DNA of 64,000 nucleotides, taken from an uncultured delta proteobacterium (GTDB lineage: Bacteria; Desulfobacterota; Binatia; UBA9968). The translations under genes were made by a program, and so were the position numbers. Numbering within the stretch: the first letter of the stretch is position 1; each line of letters starts with the position of its first letter. Shown here piece by piece: positions 11,191 to 22,052 of the stretch. The DNA is taken from assembly GCA_963840855.1 (NCBI GenBank), contig CAWJBB010000041.1, positions 256,001 to 320,000 of the forward strand, written 5' to 3'. The notes below the pieces were generated by a model that saw only the letters and a list, made by a program, of their open reading frames with translations, searched no databases and was not told the DNA's origin.

Positions 11191-11628
11191 ATGGGACTAT
11201 TAAAAATCGAGGGAGTGACGCACTGGTCGATTCCCGTTAACAACTTGGACGAAGCGGAAAAATTCTACGGTGATCTGCTGGGGCTTAAGCATCTGGGGAG
11301 GCTCGGCAACTCAGGGATGTCTTGCTTCAACGTTGGTGACCATAACATACTATTATGTGAGCGCGCGGCGACGGTGGACAAAGCGCATGTGGAGGAGCAA
11401 AACGTGCACCATTCTTTTACCGTGAGCCCAGAGACGCTCGAGCAGGCGTGCAAGATTTTTCAAGAAAGAAAGATTCAGATTGACCGGCTCTATTACCGGA
11501 AGGCCGGTTATTTCCCCGGACGAGAGCTTTATTTCTTCGATCCGAGCGGCAATCGGCTCGAGCTGCGTGATCCGACTTGGAAGGCTGGGATGCCGGAGCA
11601 AACCTTCGAAGAGCTCGCCCGGTCTTAG
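11191..11628 (+). CDS. VOC/glyoxalase family protein
   Basis: THWSIPV..AEKFYGDLLGL, HHSF, YFFDPSGNRLEL; AGGAGG RBS. Confidence 0.88.
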   Translation: MGLLKIEGVTHWSIPVNNLDEAEKFYGDLLGLKHLGRLGNSGMSCFNVGDHNILLCERAATVDKAHVEEQNVHHSFTVSPETLEQACKIFQERKIQIDRLYYRKAGYFPGRELYFFDPSGNRLELRDPTWKAGMPEQTFEELARS

Positions 11629-11796
11629 CGGGCGAGCTCCGTTCCAGTCGTTCAAACCGTTCAAGCAGTTCAAAACGTTTCCGCGGTGCCATCGCACCGC
11701 GGAAACGTTTTGAAATACCCACGCTGAGCTTTGTTACCCATCCGGTTTTGGGCTGAAGTAGGCGAGCCGATTTAAACGCTCAGGTCGGCCAATTCG

Positions 11797-11835
11797 TTGA
11801 CATGCGGTTAAAATACGCGGTATTTTAACCGCATG
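11797..11835 (+). promoter_or_regulatory. Sigma70-like promoter overlapped by a palindromic operator with 16-bp arms
   Basis: TTGACA at 11797 and TATTTT at 11821; CATGCGGTTAAAATAC-gcg-GTATTTTAACCGCATG ends on the ATG. Confidence 0.65.
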
Positions 11836-12990
11836 ATAAAACGTATTTTGGGGGCGACCCTGGCTCGTGCGAAGAAGAGCTTTCTTCTTCTGGGGCCGCG
11901 GCAAACTGGAAAGTCGACGCTGGTGTCCTCCCTCAAGCCCGACCTTTCCATTAACCTCGCCCACGAGGCCACCTATCTTGAGTTTGCCCGCAACCCGAGA
12001 GAACTTGAGGAGCGATTGGCTGCGTTGCCTTCCTCCGCGAGGCAGGAAACCATTTTTGTTGACGAGGTTCAGCGCTTGCCAAGCCTGCTCAATACAATTC
12101 AAACATTGCTTGACGCTCCCTCGCCTCGCTACCGGTTTTTTCTCACGGGTTCGAGCGCGAGGAAACTACGGCGCGGTAACGCCAATTTGCTTCCTGGGAG
12201 AATATTTACATATCAGCTGGGTCCCATCGTAAGCGGCGAGCTCGATTACAGCCTCGATACCAACCAGGCGCTGTCCAATGGCACGCTTCCGGGGATCCTC
12301 GTGGAACCGGACCGCTACGTACGAGAGAAAACACTCTCCTCTTATGCCGCGACATACCTCAAGGAAGAAGTGCAAGCCGAAGCCCTCACGCGCAACCTGG
12401 AAGGCTTCGCAAGGTTTTTATCGGTGTGCGCCGAATATGCCGGACAGTTCTTGGATCTTGCGAAACTCGCGGCTGACGCGCAGATTGCGCGCCAAACCGC
12501 GGTGCGATACTTCGAAGTTCTCGAGGACTGTTTGATTGTCCACCGGCTGCCGCCTTTCGCCAAAAGCGCTCGGCGCCGGTTGGTGCAACACCCCAGATAC
12601 TACTTCTTTGACCCCGGAGTGCTGAACGGACTATTGGGAAATTTCAAAGTCTCTCCCGACCGGATCGGCAGCCTTTTTGAGCACCTGGTTTTCACTCAAA
12701 TCCTTCACAGTGGACTAGCGCTCGACAAGCGCACCAACCTTTCCTCTTATCGGACCGAACACGGGGCCGAGGTTGATTTTATCTTCACGGGCAACGGAGA
12801 AACGGTGGCCATTGAGTCAAAGGCGTCCCGCAACGTCGGCCCGAGCGACCTCCGAGGTCTCGCCAGCTTTGCTGAGTACTATGGCAAACCCCATCGCGCG
12901 ATGTTGTTCTACCTCGGAGCGCACCGGCGAAAAATCGGGACCGTGGAAATTATTCCTTGGCAAGAAGGGCTCAAGGAGATTGGACTCTAA
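11833..12990 (+). CDS. AAA_14 ATPase with C-terminal DUF4143 (PD-(D/E)xK-like) domain
   Basis: GPRQTGKS, IFVDEVQR, LTGSSARKL, YFFDPG, YRT..GAEVDF, AIESK. Confidence 0.88.
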   Translation: MIKRILGATLARAKKSFLLLGPRQTGKSTLVSSLKPDLSINLAHEATYLEFARNPRELEERLAALPSSARQETIFVDEVQRLPSLLNTIQTLLDAPSPRYRFFLTGSSARKLRRGNANLLPGRIFTYQLGPIVSGELDYSLDTNQALSNGTLPGILVEPDRYVREKTLSSYAATYLKEEVQAEALTRNLEGFARFLSVCAEYAGQFLDLAKLAADAQIARQTAVRYFEVLEDCLIVHRLPPFAKSARRRLVQHPRYYFFDPGVLNGLLGNFKVSPDRIGSLFEHLVFTQILHSGLALDKRTNLSSYRTEHGAEVDFIFTGNGETVAIESKASRNVGPSDLRGLASFAEYYGKPHRAMLFYLGAHRRKIGTVEIIPWQEGLKEIGL

Positions 12991-13457
12991 TTAAGAAGCG
13001 ACGCTGAGTATTATTCCCCGAGCACGAGTGCACTTCCTGGTCTTTTTCAACTGCTAGCTTCGTCCTCCTCGCCGGGCTCAAATCCGGCCTCCGCAACCCC
13101 GTGGTCGCTGGGTAAGCATGAACTTTAGTTTATGCTGAATCACCGTAGAGTTTTCACTACTGGGGGTAGAGGAAAGACTACCCTTTGGATAATTTTCTTC
13201 TTGGCTTGATGTCCCTGCCGGTTGAAAATCCTCCGATTGCTTAAGCCTTTACACTCGCCACGTCTCATACGCTGGCCGTGGCACAGCGCTTGCCTTTTGC
13301 TTGAGGCAGATTCAACCTTTCAACAGACGGGAAGGAGATGAGAAAAATGAAGAGCATCAATAAAAAGGCAGCACGGATCGGTTTTGTGATCAACCAGGAT
13401 GGCAATTCGATCGCCGTGTTAGACAAGGTCCTTAACTCGCTGAAAGGAGGACCAAAG

Positions 13458-14231
13458 ATGAGAACCCCGCTTCTCGCATTAGTACTTGTTTTGGCGCTAG
13501 GCGTATTCGTGACTCGCGCCAATGCCGAGTCGCCTGCGATCTATGAAACCACGTTGATGGAATCCGGCCAAAAGACCCTGGAAGTATCTACCAACGAGCT
13601 CCGTAAGATTCTTACAGAGAAAAGCGCGACCGTTTTTGACGCTCGACCATTAATGGAGTATGCCGTTAGCCATATTCCAGGCGCCGTCAACGTCTCGGCA
13701 AAGCCGGGGGTGCCGATTTCTCAGTACGTGTCAGACGTGGCGGAGGTTGGGCGCGTCGTCGGAAACAACAAAGCCGCGCCTATCGTACTCTATTGCAACG
13801 GACCATTTTGCGGCAAAAGCAAGCGACTCTCGGAGGAATTGTTGGAGGCAGGCTACACGAACGTCCGGCGATATCAACTGGGCATTCCCGTGTGGCGTGC
13901 GCTGATCGGTGTTACCGAAATCCAGCTTTTAGGTCTGCTCTACGTGCTCCACGATGACAAGACAGCCGTGTTTCTTGACGCTCGCAGCCCCGAGGAGTTT
14001 AAGGCCGGGACTATTCCGGGCGCGAAAAGCCTTCCCCTAGCCGATGTGAAGAAGGCGAAGGATGACGGTCGATTACCTATGGATGACCACAACACGCGCA
14101 TCATCGTGTTTGGCCGGGACGGTGCGCAAGCGCGCACGGTTACTGAGGCCATCGCCAAGGAGGCGTTCCACAATGTCGCCTACTTCGGTGGAGCCTTCGA
14201 TGAACTGAAGCTGAAGGTAGCTAGCAAATAG
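13458..14231 (+). CDS. Exported tandem rhodanese-domain protein
   Basis: Signal peptide; DARPLMEYAVSHIPGA, LYCNGPFCGKS; second DARSPEEF..GTIPGA repeat; AGGAGG RBS at this start. Confidence 0.85.
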   Translation: MRTPLLALVLVLALGVFVTRANAESPAIYETTLMESGQKTLEVSTNELRKILTEKSATVFDARPLMEYAVSHIPGAVNVSAKPGVPISQYVSDVAEVGRVVGNNKAAPIVLYCNGPFCGKSKRLSEELLEAGYTNVRRYQLGIPVWRALIGVTEIQLLGLLYVLHDDKTAVFLDARSPEEFKAGTIPGAKSLPLADVKKAKDDGRLPMDDHNTRIIVFGRDGAQARTVTEAIAKEAFHNVAYFGGAFDELKLKVASK

Positions 14232-14258
14232 GGATGCAAACGCGGTAAGGTCACAATC

Positions 14259-15368
14259 ATGGCCTCAGTGAGAGAGCAACTTAAGGGTTGTTTCCACGCC
14301 GGCCAACCACACGTGGTTTGTGTATGTTCCGGCGTAAAGCAGACGTCCCTCCATGGGAAAACGAACGTGACACTCAGAGCTGTTGGCCTTATTTTTAGCC
14401 TCGTCCTTATTATTAACTTCCTGGCGCCGCTTTCCTCTGAAGCTCAACGGTTGGGAAAGACTCACCGACTCGGCTTTTTGGCTTTTGGATCGCCTCCGTC
14501 CGAGCCTGTTCCTACCGAATTTCCTTTCGAGGCGTTCCGCCACAGACTGCATGAGCTTGGTTATATTGAAGGACAAAATCTTGTCATCGAGCGACGGTAC
14601 GCGCGGGGCATACTAGAAATGTTACCTGTTTTCGGCGCCGAATTGGTCCAACATCGAGTTGACATCATCGTAACCTCGGGGGCTTCTGCTGTCCGTGCCG
14701 CCAAAACGGCAACGGCAACCATCCCCATCGTCATGGCAGGTGCGCCGGATCCCATTGCATTCGAGTTGGTCGCCAGCCTCGCGCGGCCGGGCGCCAACGT
14801 AACCGGATTGTCCGATTCAACAGGACGGGAGATCGAAGGCAAGCGTTTGGAGCTATTAAAGGAGAGCTTCCCACGGATCGCGCGAGTCGCGGTGGTCCTG
14901 GATTCTGCCAGTCGAGTAGATGTCACACCTGTAAGAGAAGCAGCTCGAGCATTGGGGCTTAAATTACTTCTCTCGCCCGAGACCGCAACTCCCGAAGAGT
15001 TTCACAGTTCATTTGCTTTACTGAAGCGGGAGGGGGCCCAAGCTCTTTTTGCGCCGGAGACGCCGATCAACGTTCGTCACAGAAGCCTGATCGTAGAACT
15101 CGCCGCAAAGCATCGGCTCCCGGCGATGTATGGATCGAGAGAGTTCGTGGAAGGTGGAGGCCTCATGTCTTATGGGCCGAACTTCTCCGACATTTTCCGA
15201 CGGGCGGCTGTATACGTTGATAGGATCCTGAAGGGTGCAAAGCCAGCGGATCTGCCCGTAGAGCAACCGACAAAATTCGAGCTACTGATTAATCTTAAGA
15301 CTGCCAAGGCGCTCAGCCTGAAGATTCCGGGGGAGGTGCTTATGCAGGCTGATAAGGTAATAAAATGA
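14259..15368 (+). CDS. ABC transporter substrate-binding protein (ABC_sub_bind family); true start probably further downstream
   Basis: LGYIEGQNLVIE, SLARPGANVTG, GGLMSYGP, LPVEQPTKFELLINLKTAKAL. Confidence 0.88.
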   Translation: MASVREQLKGCFHAGQPHVVCVCSGVKQTSLHGKTNVTLRAVGLIFSLVLIINFLAPLSSEAQRLGKTHRLGFLAFGSPPSEPVPTEFPFEAFRHRLHELGYIEGQNLVIERRYARGILEMLPVFGAELVQHRVDIIVTSGASAVRAAKTATATIPIVMAGAPDPIAFELVASLARPGANVTGLSDSTGREIEGKRLELLKESFPRIARVAVVLDSASRVDVTPVREAARALGLKLLLSPETATPEEFHSSFALLKREGAQALFAPETPINVRHRSLIVELAAKHRLPAMYGSREFVEGGGLMSYGPNFSDIFRRAAVYVDRILKGAKPADLPVEQPTKFELLINLKTAKALSLKIPGEVLMQADKVIK

Positions 15369-15505
15369 TAGCGGTGAGTAATCAGTGGTCAGCGGTCAAG
15401 AAAAAACCGGGACGAAACTCGCGAGAAAAACAATATACTCGCAGACCCCTAAGGGTCCGATAGCAAAAGCAGGTCTTAAAGGTGGCGTCAGGAGCCCGGG
15501 GAACC

Positions 15506-16000
15506 ATGAGTAGAAAGATCCTTCACCTTCTTATTATTACGGCCGTTCTGGGTTCAGCACGTTTGGCCCTCGGGCAGCAGGTGATTTTTCTCGTTCGGCA
15601 TGCCGAACAATCTACTGATGTCGAGGACCCCGCGCTCACTGAGGTCGGGCATCGGCGAGCTCTAGAGTTGGCAGTGGTGTTGAAAGACGTAGGCATCAAT
15701 GTGATTTACACTACCGAACTCAGGCGGTCGATACAGACCGCAGAGCCTATTTCGAAGTCACTGAATATTGAGAGCAAGAGGTTGCCGCTCCGAGATCGCG
15801 ACGGGCTCATCGGTCGACTCCGCACCCAACATTTCAACGACCGTGTCTTGGTCGTCAGCCATTCTCTGACCCTTCCCCGTTTGCTCAAAGCCCTAGGATA
15901 CCCCGTAGATATCACGATTGCAGAGAAAGAATACGATAGTCTCTTCGTGATCGTACCAAAGAGAGACAGCAGCCCTTTAGTATTACGCTTGCGCTATTAG
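15506..16000 (+). CDS. Histidine phosphatase (phosphoglycerate mutase family), exported
   Basis: FLVRHAE, RSIQTA, LVVSHS; signal peptide. Confidence 0.85.
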   Translation: MSRKILHLLIITAVLGSARLALGQQVIFLVRHAEQSTDVEDPALTEVGHRRALELAVVLKDVGINVIYTTELRRSIQTAEPISKSLNIESKRLPLRDRDGLIGRLRTQHFNDRVLVVSHSLTLPRLLKALGYPVDITIAEKEYDSLFVIVPKRDSSPLVLRLRY

Positions 16001-16168
16001 TGTCGGCTCGCTTTACTCTCTAATCGGGCTGGTACACAGTATCGTCCATTACCAGAGGATGAAAAAAGGAGGGTTAAGGCAATCCGCGGGGTACAAAGAT
16101 TACTGGCGCTGCCCTTCTTTCGGCTCTTTGGAAGCCGCAGGCGCGGAAGGCTTGTTCGCCATTACTTT

Positions 16169-17983
16169 TTGATTTCAGTCCTGCTTATTAGCGGCGGGCT
16201 GATCGCGAGCGGGCTCTTGGAGGTTTACTTTCGCTATCGAGAGAGCCGAATGCAGCTGGATCTCTTCAATCAAGAGATCGCAGCGGGGGCTGCTTTCAAA
16301 ATAGAGCGTTTCGTTCAAGAAATCGAAACCTTGATGAAAGCAGCAACGAAAAACCGCGATATTGTTCTCAAAGAGCTTTCGCAAGAATACAGATTTGAAC
16401 TAAGGAGACTCTTCCTCGTGGCCCCGGCGATCACCGATGCAGTAGCGGTTGATGTGGCGGGGAAAGCACAGGCTCGATTATCGCGCTTGCGGACTGCGTT
16501 TTCAAAAGTCGATGCGGACCTTGCAAGCTCACCTGCCTTTCTCCAAGGCAAGCAAGGTCGCTCCTATTTTGGTCCGGTTTATTTGGTGCGAGGCTCTGAG
16601 CCGCACATGACTATTGCCGTTCCGATTGAGCCCTTTGCGGGTAACGTCATCGGTGTCCTTGTGGCTCAGGTGAACCTTAAGTACATTAACGAAGTCGTTT
16701 CCGACATTAAAATCGGAAAAGCCGGCTACGCCTATGCTGTGACCCGCTCCGGCGACCTCATTGCCCACCCCGATGTCAGTCTGGTCTTACAAGCACGCAA
16801 CGTAGCCCAGCTTTCTCATATAAAAACAGCTTTTCAGTCTTCCGCGAACGCTGCCAAGCCGAGCGCGACCGTGACTCATAACTTTCAAGGGCTGAAGGTC
16901 CTCAGCTCTTATGCTCTAATACCAGGCCTGAATTGGGCCCTCTTCATTGAACTTCCTGTGAAAGAGGCCTATGCACAGATCTACGCATCGATCTTCCGGA
17001 CTTCCACACTCCTTCTGCTGGGGCTTGGCCTGGCTCTTTTGGCGAGCTTCTTCGTGGCCAGACGCGTAGTCCGCCCGCTGGAGGCGCTGAGAAAAGGCGT
17101 AGAGCGAATCGGTGGAGGCGATATGAGCTTGCGCCTTGATTTAAAGACTGGAGACGAGATCGAAATTCTCGCGGAAGAGTTCAACAAAATGACACAGAAT
17201 CTTCGCCAGGCGTATGCCGGCTTGGAGCGGAGGGTTGCGGAGAGAACCCAGGAACTTGCTATTGCCAACGAAAGGCTCAAGGAGCTGGATCGACTGAAAT
17301 CGGATTTCGTTTCCAACGTGTCGCACGAGCTAAGAACGCCGCTGACGGCGATCAAAGGCGCCGTGGATCTGGTGCTGCGAGAAGTGCCGGGACCTCTCAA
17401 TGAGAAGCAAACCCACTATCTCACCCGCGTGAGGTCGAATACTCAACATCTAGCCGGACTGATCAACGATCTTCTAGACCTGTCAAAGATCGAGGAGGGG
17501 AAAGTCGAGTTCAAAGCGACGCATGTCTCTCTCGGAGGTCTCATGCGCGAGGTAATGGAGACTTTGACGCCCATGGCAGCGGAGAAGCCGATTGCATTAG
17601 ACGTGGCGGTTCCAGAACCTTCTATCCTGGTTTGGGCCGACCGAGAGAAGGTTACACAGGTATTGATGAACCTCATCGGTAATGCGATCAAATTTACACC
17701 GCCCAACGGCATGGTCGGCGTTTCTGCGGAAAGTGACAGCAAGGGATGGGTTCGGGTTTCGATTCGCGACTCGGGAGCCGGGATTCCGACGAGCGAACAA
17801 GAAAAGATTTTTGAAAAGTTTTATCAGGTGGCCGAAAACGGAGGGCCAAAACCCAAAGGGACCGGTCTCGGTCTTGCTATCTCGAAGGCATTGGTCGAAT
17901 TGCACGGCGGAAAGATTTGGGTCGAGTCTGAGATGAGTCGTGGCGCTAATTTCTGCTTTACGCTGCCATTATCACCGCCGTAG
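16169..17983 (+). CDS. Cache-HAMP sensor histidine kinase (start uncertain, likely upstream)
   Basis: SHELRTPL H-box, NLIGNAIKF, DSGAGI, GTGLGL; two TM segments around an extracytoplasmic Cache-like region. Confidence 0.92.
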   Translation: MISVLLISGGLIASGLLEVYFRYRESRMQLDLFNQEIAAGAAFKIERFVQEIETLMKAATKNRDIVLKELSQEYRFELRRLFLVAPAITDAVAVDVAGKAQARLSRLRTAFSKVDADLASSPAFLQGKQGRSYFGPVYLVRGSEPHMTIAVPIEPFAGNVIGVLVAQVNLKYINEVVSDIKIGKAGYAYAVTRSGDLIAHPDVSLVLQARNVAQLSHIKTAFQSSANAAKPSATVTHNFQGLKVLSSYALIPGLNWALFIELPVKEAYAQIYASIFRTSTLLLLGLGLALLASFFVARRVVRPLEALRKGVERIGGGDMSLRLDLKTGDEIEILAEEFNKMTQNLRQAYAGLERRVAERTQELAIANERLKELDRLKSDFVSNVSHELRTPLTAIKGAVDLVLREVPGPLNEKQTHYLTRVRSNTQHLAGLINDLLDLSKIEEGKVEFKATHVSLGGLMREVMETLTPMAAEKPIALDVAVPEPSILVWADREKVTQVLMNLIGNAIKFTPPNGMVGVSAESDSKGWVRVSIRDSGAGIPTSEQEKIFEKFYQVAENGGPKPKGTGLGLAISKALVELHGGKIWVESEMSRGANFCFTLPLSPP

Positions 17984-18258
17984 AACTCACGCTCGTGCTG
18001 GTGCGCAGCGAAAAAATGTATACCGCGATGAGTGATACTTGCAGTTTCAGAATTAATTCCCTCTCCTTCGTATGGAGACTGTATCGTAATTCACTCAGAG
18101 CCCTTCGACAGGCTCAGGGCGAACGGCTAAGTCATTGATTTTTCGTTTGTCGTCTTCCGTTCGTGGTGAGACTCTCGAATCATGAACGGTATTGCGACAC
18201 GGTCTCAAGGGCGAGGGAGAAAGAAAGACTCCCGGAGAAAACCAAGACTACGAACGCG

Positions 18259-19611
18259 ATGAAACCTCTAACAGGAACCATCCTTGTCGCGGATGACGAT
18301 CCCGACATTCGCGACATCCTACGAGACACCCTGAATAGCCTTGGCTCGCGAGTAACTACGGCGACCAATGGACAGGAGTGTCTGGACAAATTCGACAAGG
18401 ACGGTCCCGACCTTGTTCTGCTCGATATCGAAATGCCGATTAAAAGCGGACTCCAGGTGCTGCAGGAACTACGGCAACGCGGCAGTGAGATGACCGTCAT
18501 CATGATCACCGCTTACGGCACCATCGAGCGAGCCGTGCAGGCGATGAAGGAGGGCGCCTACGATTTCATAACCAAGCCCTTCGATCTCGATCATATCGCC
18601 CTGGTGGTTGAAAAAGCGTTGGAGCGAGAAAGGCTCAAACGTGGCCTCGAACACTTTGCCGAAGAGGCTGGCGAGCGCTACCGACTGGTGGGGGACTCGA
18701 GCCCGAAGATGCGCGAGGCTATCGATACCGCCAAGAAGGCCGCGGCGAGCAAATCGACGGTTTTGCTCCTTGGCGAAAGCGGTACGGGGAAAGAGGTTTT
18801 TGCACGGGCCATTCATGCCTGGAGCGAGAGAAAGAGCGAACCGTTCGTCGCGATCAACTGCGTCGGTCTCTCCAAGGATCTTCTTGAAAGCGAACTCTTC
18901 GGTCATGAGAAAGGAGCGTTTACAGGAGCGCATCAACTCAAGAAGGGCAAGATGGAACAGGCGAACGGAGGTACGGTTTTTCTCGATGAGGTTGGCGACA
19001 TATCGTCGGAACTGCAAACCAAACTGCTTAGATTCCTTCAGGAACGGGAGTTCGAGCGTGTCGGCGGCACACAGCCGATTCACGTCGATGTCCGAGTGAT
19101 TGCGGCCACCAACCGAGGCCTGACTAGCGCCATAAAAGATGGACGATTTCGTGAAGACCTCTATTATCGGCTTAACGTGATTCCTATCTCGCTTCCGCCG
19201 TTGAGAGAAAGAAGGGAAGACATCCCCGTCCTGGCAAAATATTTCTTGCGACGATTTGCGTTGGACACAAAGAAGAGCTTGACCGGGATGACAATTGAGA
19301 CAGAGGCAAGTCTCGTAGCTTACGAATGGCCGGGGAACGTCCGCGAGCTGGGGAACGTGATCGAGCGCGCTGCCGTGCTCGGAGAGGGGCCGGAGATTAC
19401 CATCGAAGATCTGCCGCCGCGGATAGGCGGTGGGGATATGGAAAGCGCCGCCGATGAATTTTCATATCGCCACGCCGTGGATGCCGCCAGAGCGGGCGTC
19501 ATTAAAAAAGCGCTCGCTCACACCAACGGGAATCGCGCCGCAGCCGCGAGAATGCTCGGCATGCACAAGACGCACTTATTGAATCTCATCAAGTCGCTTC
19601 GAATTGAATAG
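18259..19611 (+). CDS. Sigma-54-dependent response regulator (NtrC family)
   Basis: Receiver domain (VADDD, LLDIEMP), GESGTGKE, GAFTGA, WPGNVREL, Fis-type HTH. Confidence 0.95.
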   Translation: MKPLTGTILVADDDPDIRDILRDTLNSLGSRVTTATNGQECLDKFDKDGPDLVLLDIEMPIKSGLQVLQELRQRGSEMTVIMITAYGTIERAVQAMKEGAYDFITKPFDLDHIALVVEKALERERLKRGLEHFAEEAGERYRLVGDSSPKMREAIDTAKKAAASKSTVLLLGESGTGKEVFARAIHAWSERKSEPFVAINCVGLSKDLLESELFGHEKGAFTGAHQLKKGKMEQANGGTVFLDEVGDISSELQTKLLRFLQEREFERVGGTQPIHVDVRVIAATNRGLTSAIKDGRFREDLYYRLNVIPISLPPLRERREDIPVLAKYFLRRFALDTKKSLTGMTIETEASLVAYEWPGNVRELGNVIERAAVLGEGPEITIEDLPPRIGGGDMESAADEFSYRHAVDAARAGVIKKALAHTNGNRAAAARMLGMHKTHLLNLIKSLRIE

Positions 19612-19757
19612 AGCCAAGCGCGTTGCGTTCCAACCGTCCCAGTAGTTCCAATCGTTCCGCGGTTCGGAATTTCGGAGGATTGCGGCCGAATAAGCATTGG
19701 AACGGCTGGAACGATTGGAATCTTTATAACAGTCCAATCGCTCCAGCGCGTTAAGAA

Positions 19758-20599
19758 CTATTTGACGGGATCGGGAACCCCTGGCGGTTTGGTCTTGGCA
19801 TCGTAGTATTCTTGCGAGAACTCGGGCTTGCGCCGCTCGGCGAATGCCGCTGATCCCTCGTCGTATGCTTTGCTCTGGCGCAGATGGGCGTAGAATTCGC
19901 GGTGGATCTCGAAGGCTTTTTCCCAGCCCTGGATCCCATAGAAAAGTTTGTCTTCGACGAATTCCATCGTGTGCTGGGCGATCAGGCGGCCGTTGCGATT
20001 GATCGTCGTGCACAGCTCGACACAATCGTCGATGAGCTTGTCCGGCTGGCAAATTTTTTGGACCAGCCCAAGACGAAAAGCGGTGTCCGCATCGATCATC
20101 TGGCCGGTGAGTGCTAACCAGTAGCCCCATCCAGTGGGGATCTGGCAGAGGTAATGCGGCCAGGCGGCCATGTGGGACCAGCGGACCTCGGAGCAGCCGA
20201 ATTTCGACGCCGGTACGCAGTAGCGAATATGGCAGGCCAGCGACAAACTGAAACCGCCGCCGACGGCGTAGCCGTTGATCGCCGCGATGATCGGTTTGTG
20301 CATCTGCAGCGATGCGGGTGTTGGAGTATGGTCGCGGCCCGGTGCGCGGGCCCTTTCATTTCGCCTTTGGCAAAAGCAAGATTCTCTTTGAGATCGCCGC
20401 CGGCGCAAAAAGCGTCTCCACTACCCGTGAGAATAATCGACCAGACGTCGTCATCATCCTTCGCCTTATGCCAGGCTTCATCGAGCGCCCAGTAAAGATC
20501 GCGACTGATGGCGTTCTTTTTCTCCGGACGGTTGAGACGAATAATCGCGATATGGGGATCGCGCTTTTCGTAAATACATAATGGTTGTGCTTCAGCCAT
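19758..20599 (-). CDS. Enoyl-CoA hydratase/isomerase family, frameshift near 20330
   Basis: LNRPEKKNAI and FCAGGDL in one frame; KPIIAAINGYAVGGG in the next. Confidence 0.85.
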
Positions 20600-20724
20600 T
20601 GGTCCTCCTTGTTTTATGGTCAGTAATCAGACGTCAGAGGTCAGAAATCAGAGGTCGACGTGTCAGAACAGAGGAGTTTGGTGTGCTCCGAACCGACCGC
20701 TGAGTGCTGATCGCTGATCTCTGG

Positions 20725-21933
20725 CTAATACAACACCTTCTCTTCATCCAGCTTCTTGATCTCTTCGTCCGAAAGCCCGAGCAAGTTCTTCGCGATCTCG
20801 TGAGTGTGCTCGCCCATAAGGGGCGCGAGGCCGCGCACTTTGCCGGGCGTGTCGGACAAGCGCAACGGCACGTTCTCCGTCACCATGTCGCCGGCTTCGG
20901 GTTCGGTCATATGGACCAGAAAGCCGGTGGCGGCGTATTGCTTGTCGTTCTTGAATTGGTCTTCGACGTCTTGCACCACGGCAGCGCAAACATCGATGCC
21001 TTGCACCATTTCCATGACTTCATAGGGGTCATGCTGCAGGGTCCAGCTCGTGACCCACTTATCCAGCTCGTCTTTGTGGCGCACCCGCTGAAAGTGGGTG
21101 GCGAACTTCGGATCGCCTTTCAACCCCGACTTTTCCAATAACTGGGCGAACCGTTTCCACTCCTCTTCGTTATACACCGCGATGACGCACCAGCGGTCTT
21201 TACCTTGGCATTGGTACGGTCCATAGGGAGCGGCGATCAAGCTCCGGTTTCCTTCCGGTTGGGGCTCCCGTTTGTTGACGTTATACTCCAGATACTTCGG
21301 CCCGAGGATCGACGCGCCAATTTCCTGCTGCGCGCTGTCGATCCACTGACCGCGGCCGCTTTTCTTGCGTTGCATCAGCGCCAGCACGACGCCGAACGCT
21401 CCTGTGACTCCGCCCATAAAATCGGGATGCTGCGTGCGCGGCTCGGCGGTGGCCGTCGTCGCTCCCGGATAATTCCACAAATAGGTGGTGGCCATGGTGT
21501 TGCCGACATTGGGGCCGTAGGTAAGATCCGCGGCATGGGGTCCGCTGCAGCCCATACCTTTTACCCGGATTAAAATTATTCGGGGGTTGATCTCTTTCAG
21601 GTCGGGCCAGTTCAGGCCCCATTTTTCGAGAATGCCCAGGCCGAAGTTCTCCACCAGCACGTCGGCCTTTTTCACCAGCTCATAGACGAGCTTGCGGCCT
21701 TTCTCCGTCTGCATGTTTACCGTGAAAGACTTCTTGCCGCGCTGAAGTTTCATGAAGTCGGGCTTCTTGTTCCAGAGCTTGGGGTCTTCGCCGCGGTGGC
21801 CGTCGCCGCGCAAGCGGGTTTCACAGCGAATGACTTCGGCGCCGAACTCGCACAGCACGCGCGCCACCGTCGGCCCAGCGGCGCCGGTGGTCAACTCGAC
21901 AACGCGTATTCCCTCTAATGGAAGCTTTGACAT
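20725..21933 (-). CDS. Class III CoA-transferase (CaiB/BaiF)
   Basis: PLEGIRVVEL, GAEVI, ADVLVENF, APLMGEHT. Confidence 0.9.
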   Translation of the reverse strand: MSKLPLEGIRVVELTTGAAGPTVARVLCEFGAEVIRCETRLRGDGHRGEDPKLWNKKPDFMKLQRGKKSFTVNMQTEKGRKLVYELVKKADVLVENFGLGILEKWGLNWPDLKEINPRIILIRVKGMGCSGPHAADLTYGPNVGNTMATTYLWNYPGATTATAEPRTQHPDFMGGVTGAFGVVLALMQRKKSGRGQWIDSAQQEIGASILGPKYLEYNVNKREPQPEGNRSLIAAPYGPYQCQGKDRWCVIAVYNEEEWKRFAQLLEKSGLKGDPKFATHFQRVRHKDELDKWVTSWTLQHDPYEVMEMVQGIDVCAAVVQDVEDQFKNDKQYAATGFLVHMTEPEAGDMVTENVPLRLSDTPGKVRGLAPLMGEHTHEIAKNLLGLSDEEIKKLDEEKVLY

Positions 21934-21970
21934 ATAGCTCCTTTCCTGCGAGTAAAAATGAGACGGAATT

Positions 21971-22042
21971 TTCACCACGAAGGCACGAAGGGTTCGGATA
22001 TTTATACTATTAAACTTCGTGAACTTCGTGCCTTCGTGGTGA
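21971..22042. repeat. Intergenic inverted repeat (cacgaa-type hairpin)
   Basis: tcaccacgaaggcacgaag ... cttcgtgccttcgtggtga. Confidence 0.7.
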
Positions 22043-22052
22043 GTTGTCCCGT

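Noticed and set aside
10488-11243. Long antisense or shadow ORFs (also 5348-6067, 24880-25614, 31865-32767, 44931-45650)
   Set aside because: They overlap well-supported genes on the opposite strand and lack motifs; expected in GC-rich DNA.
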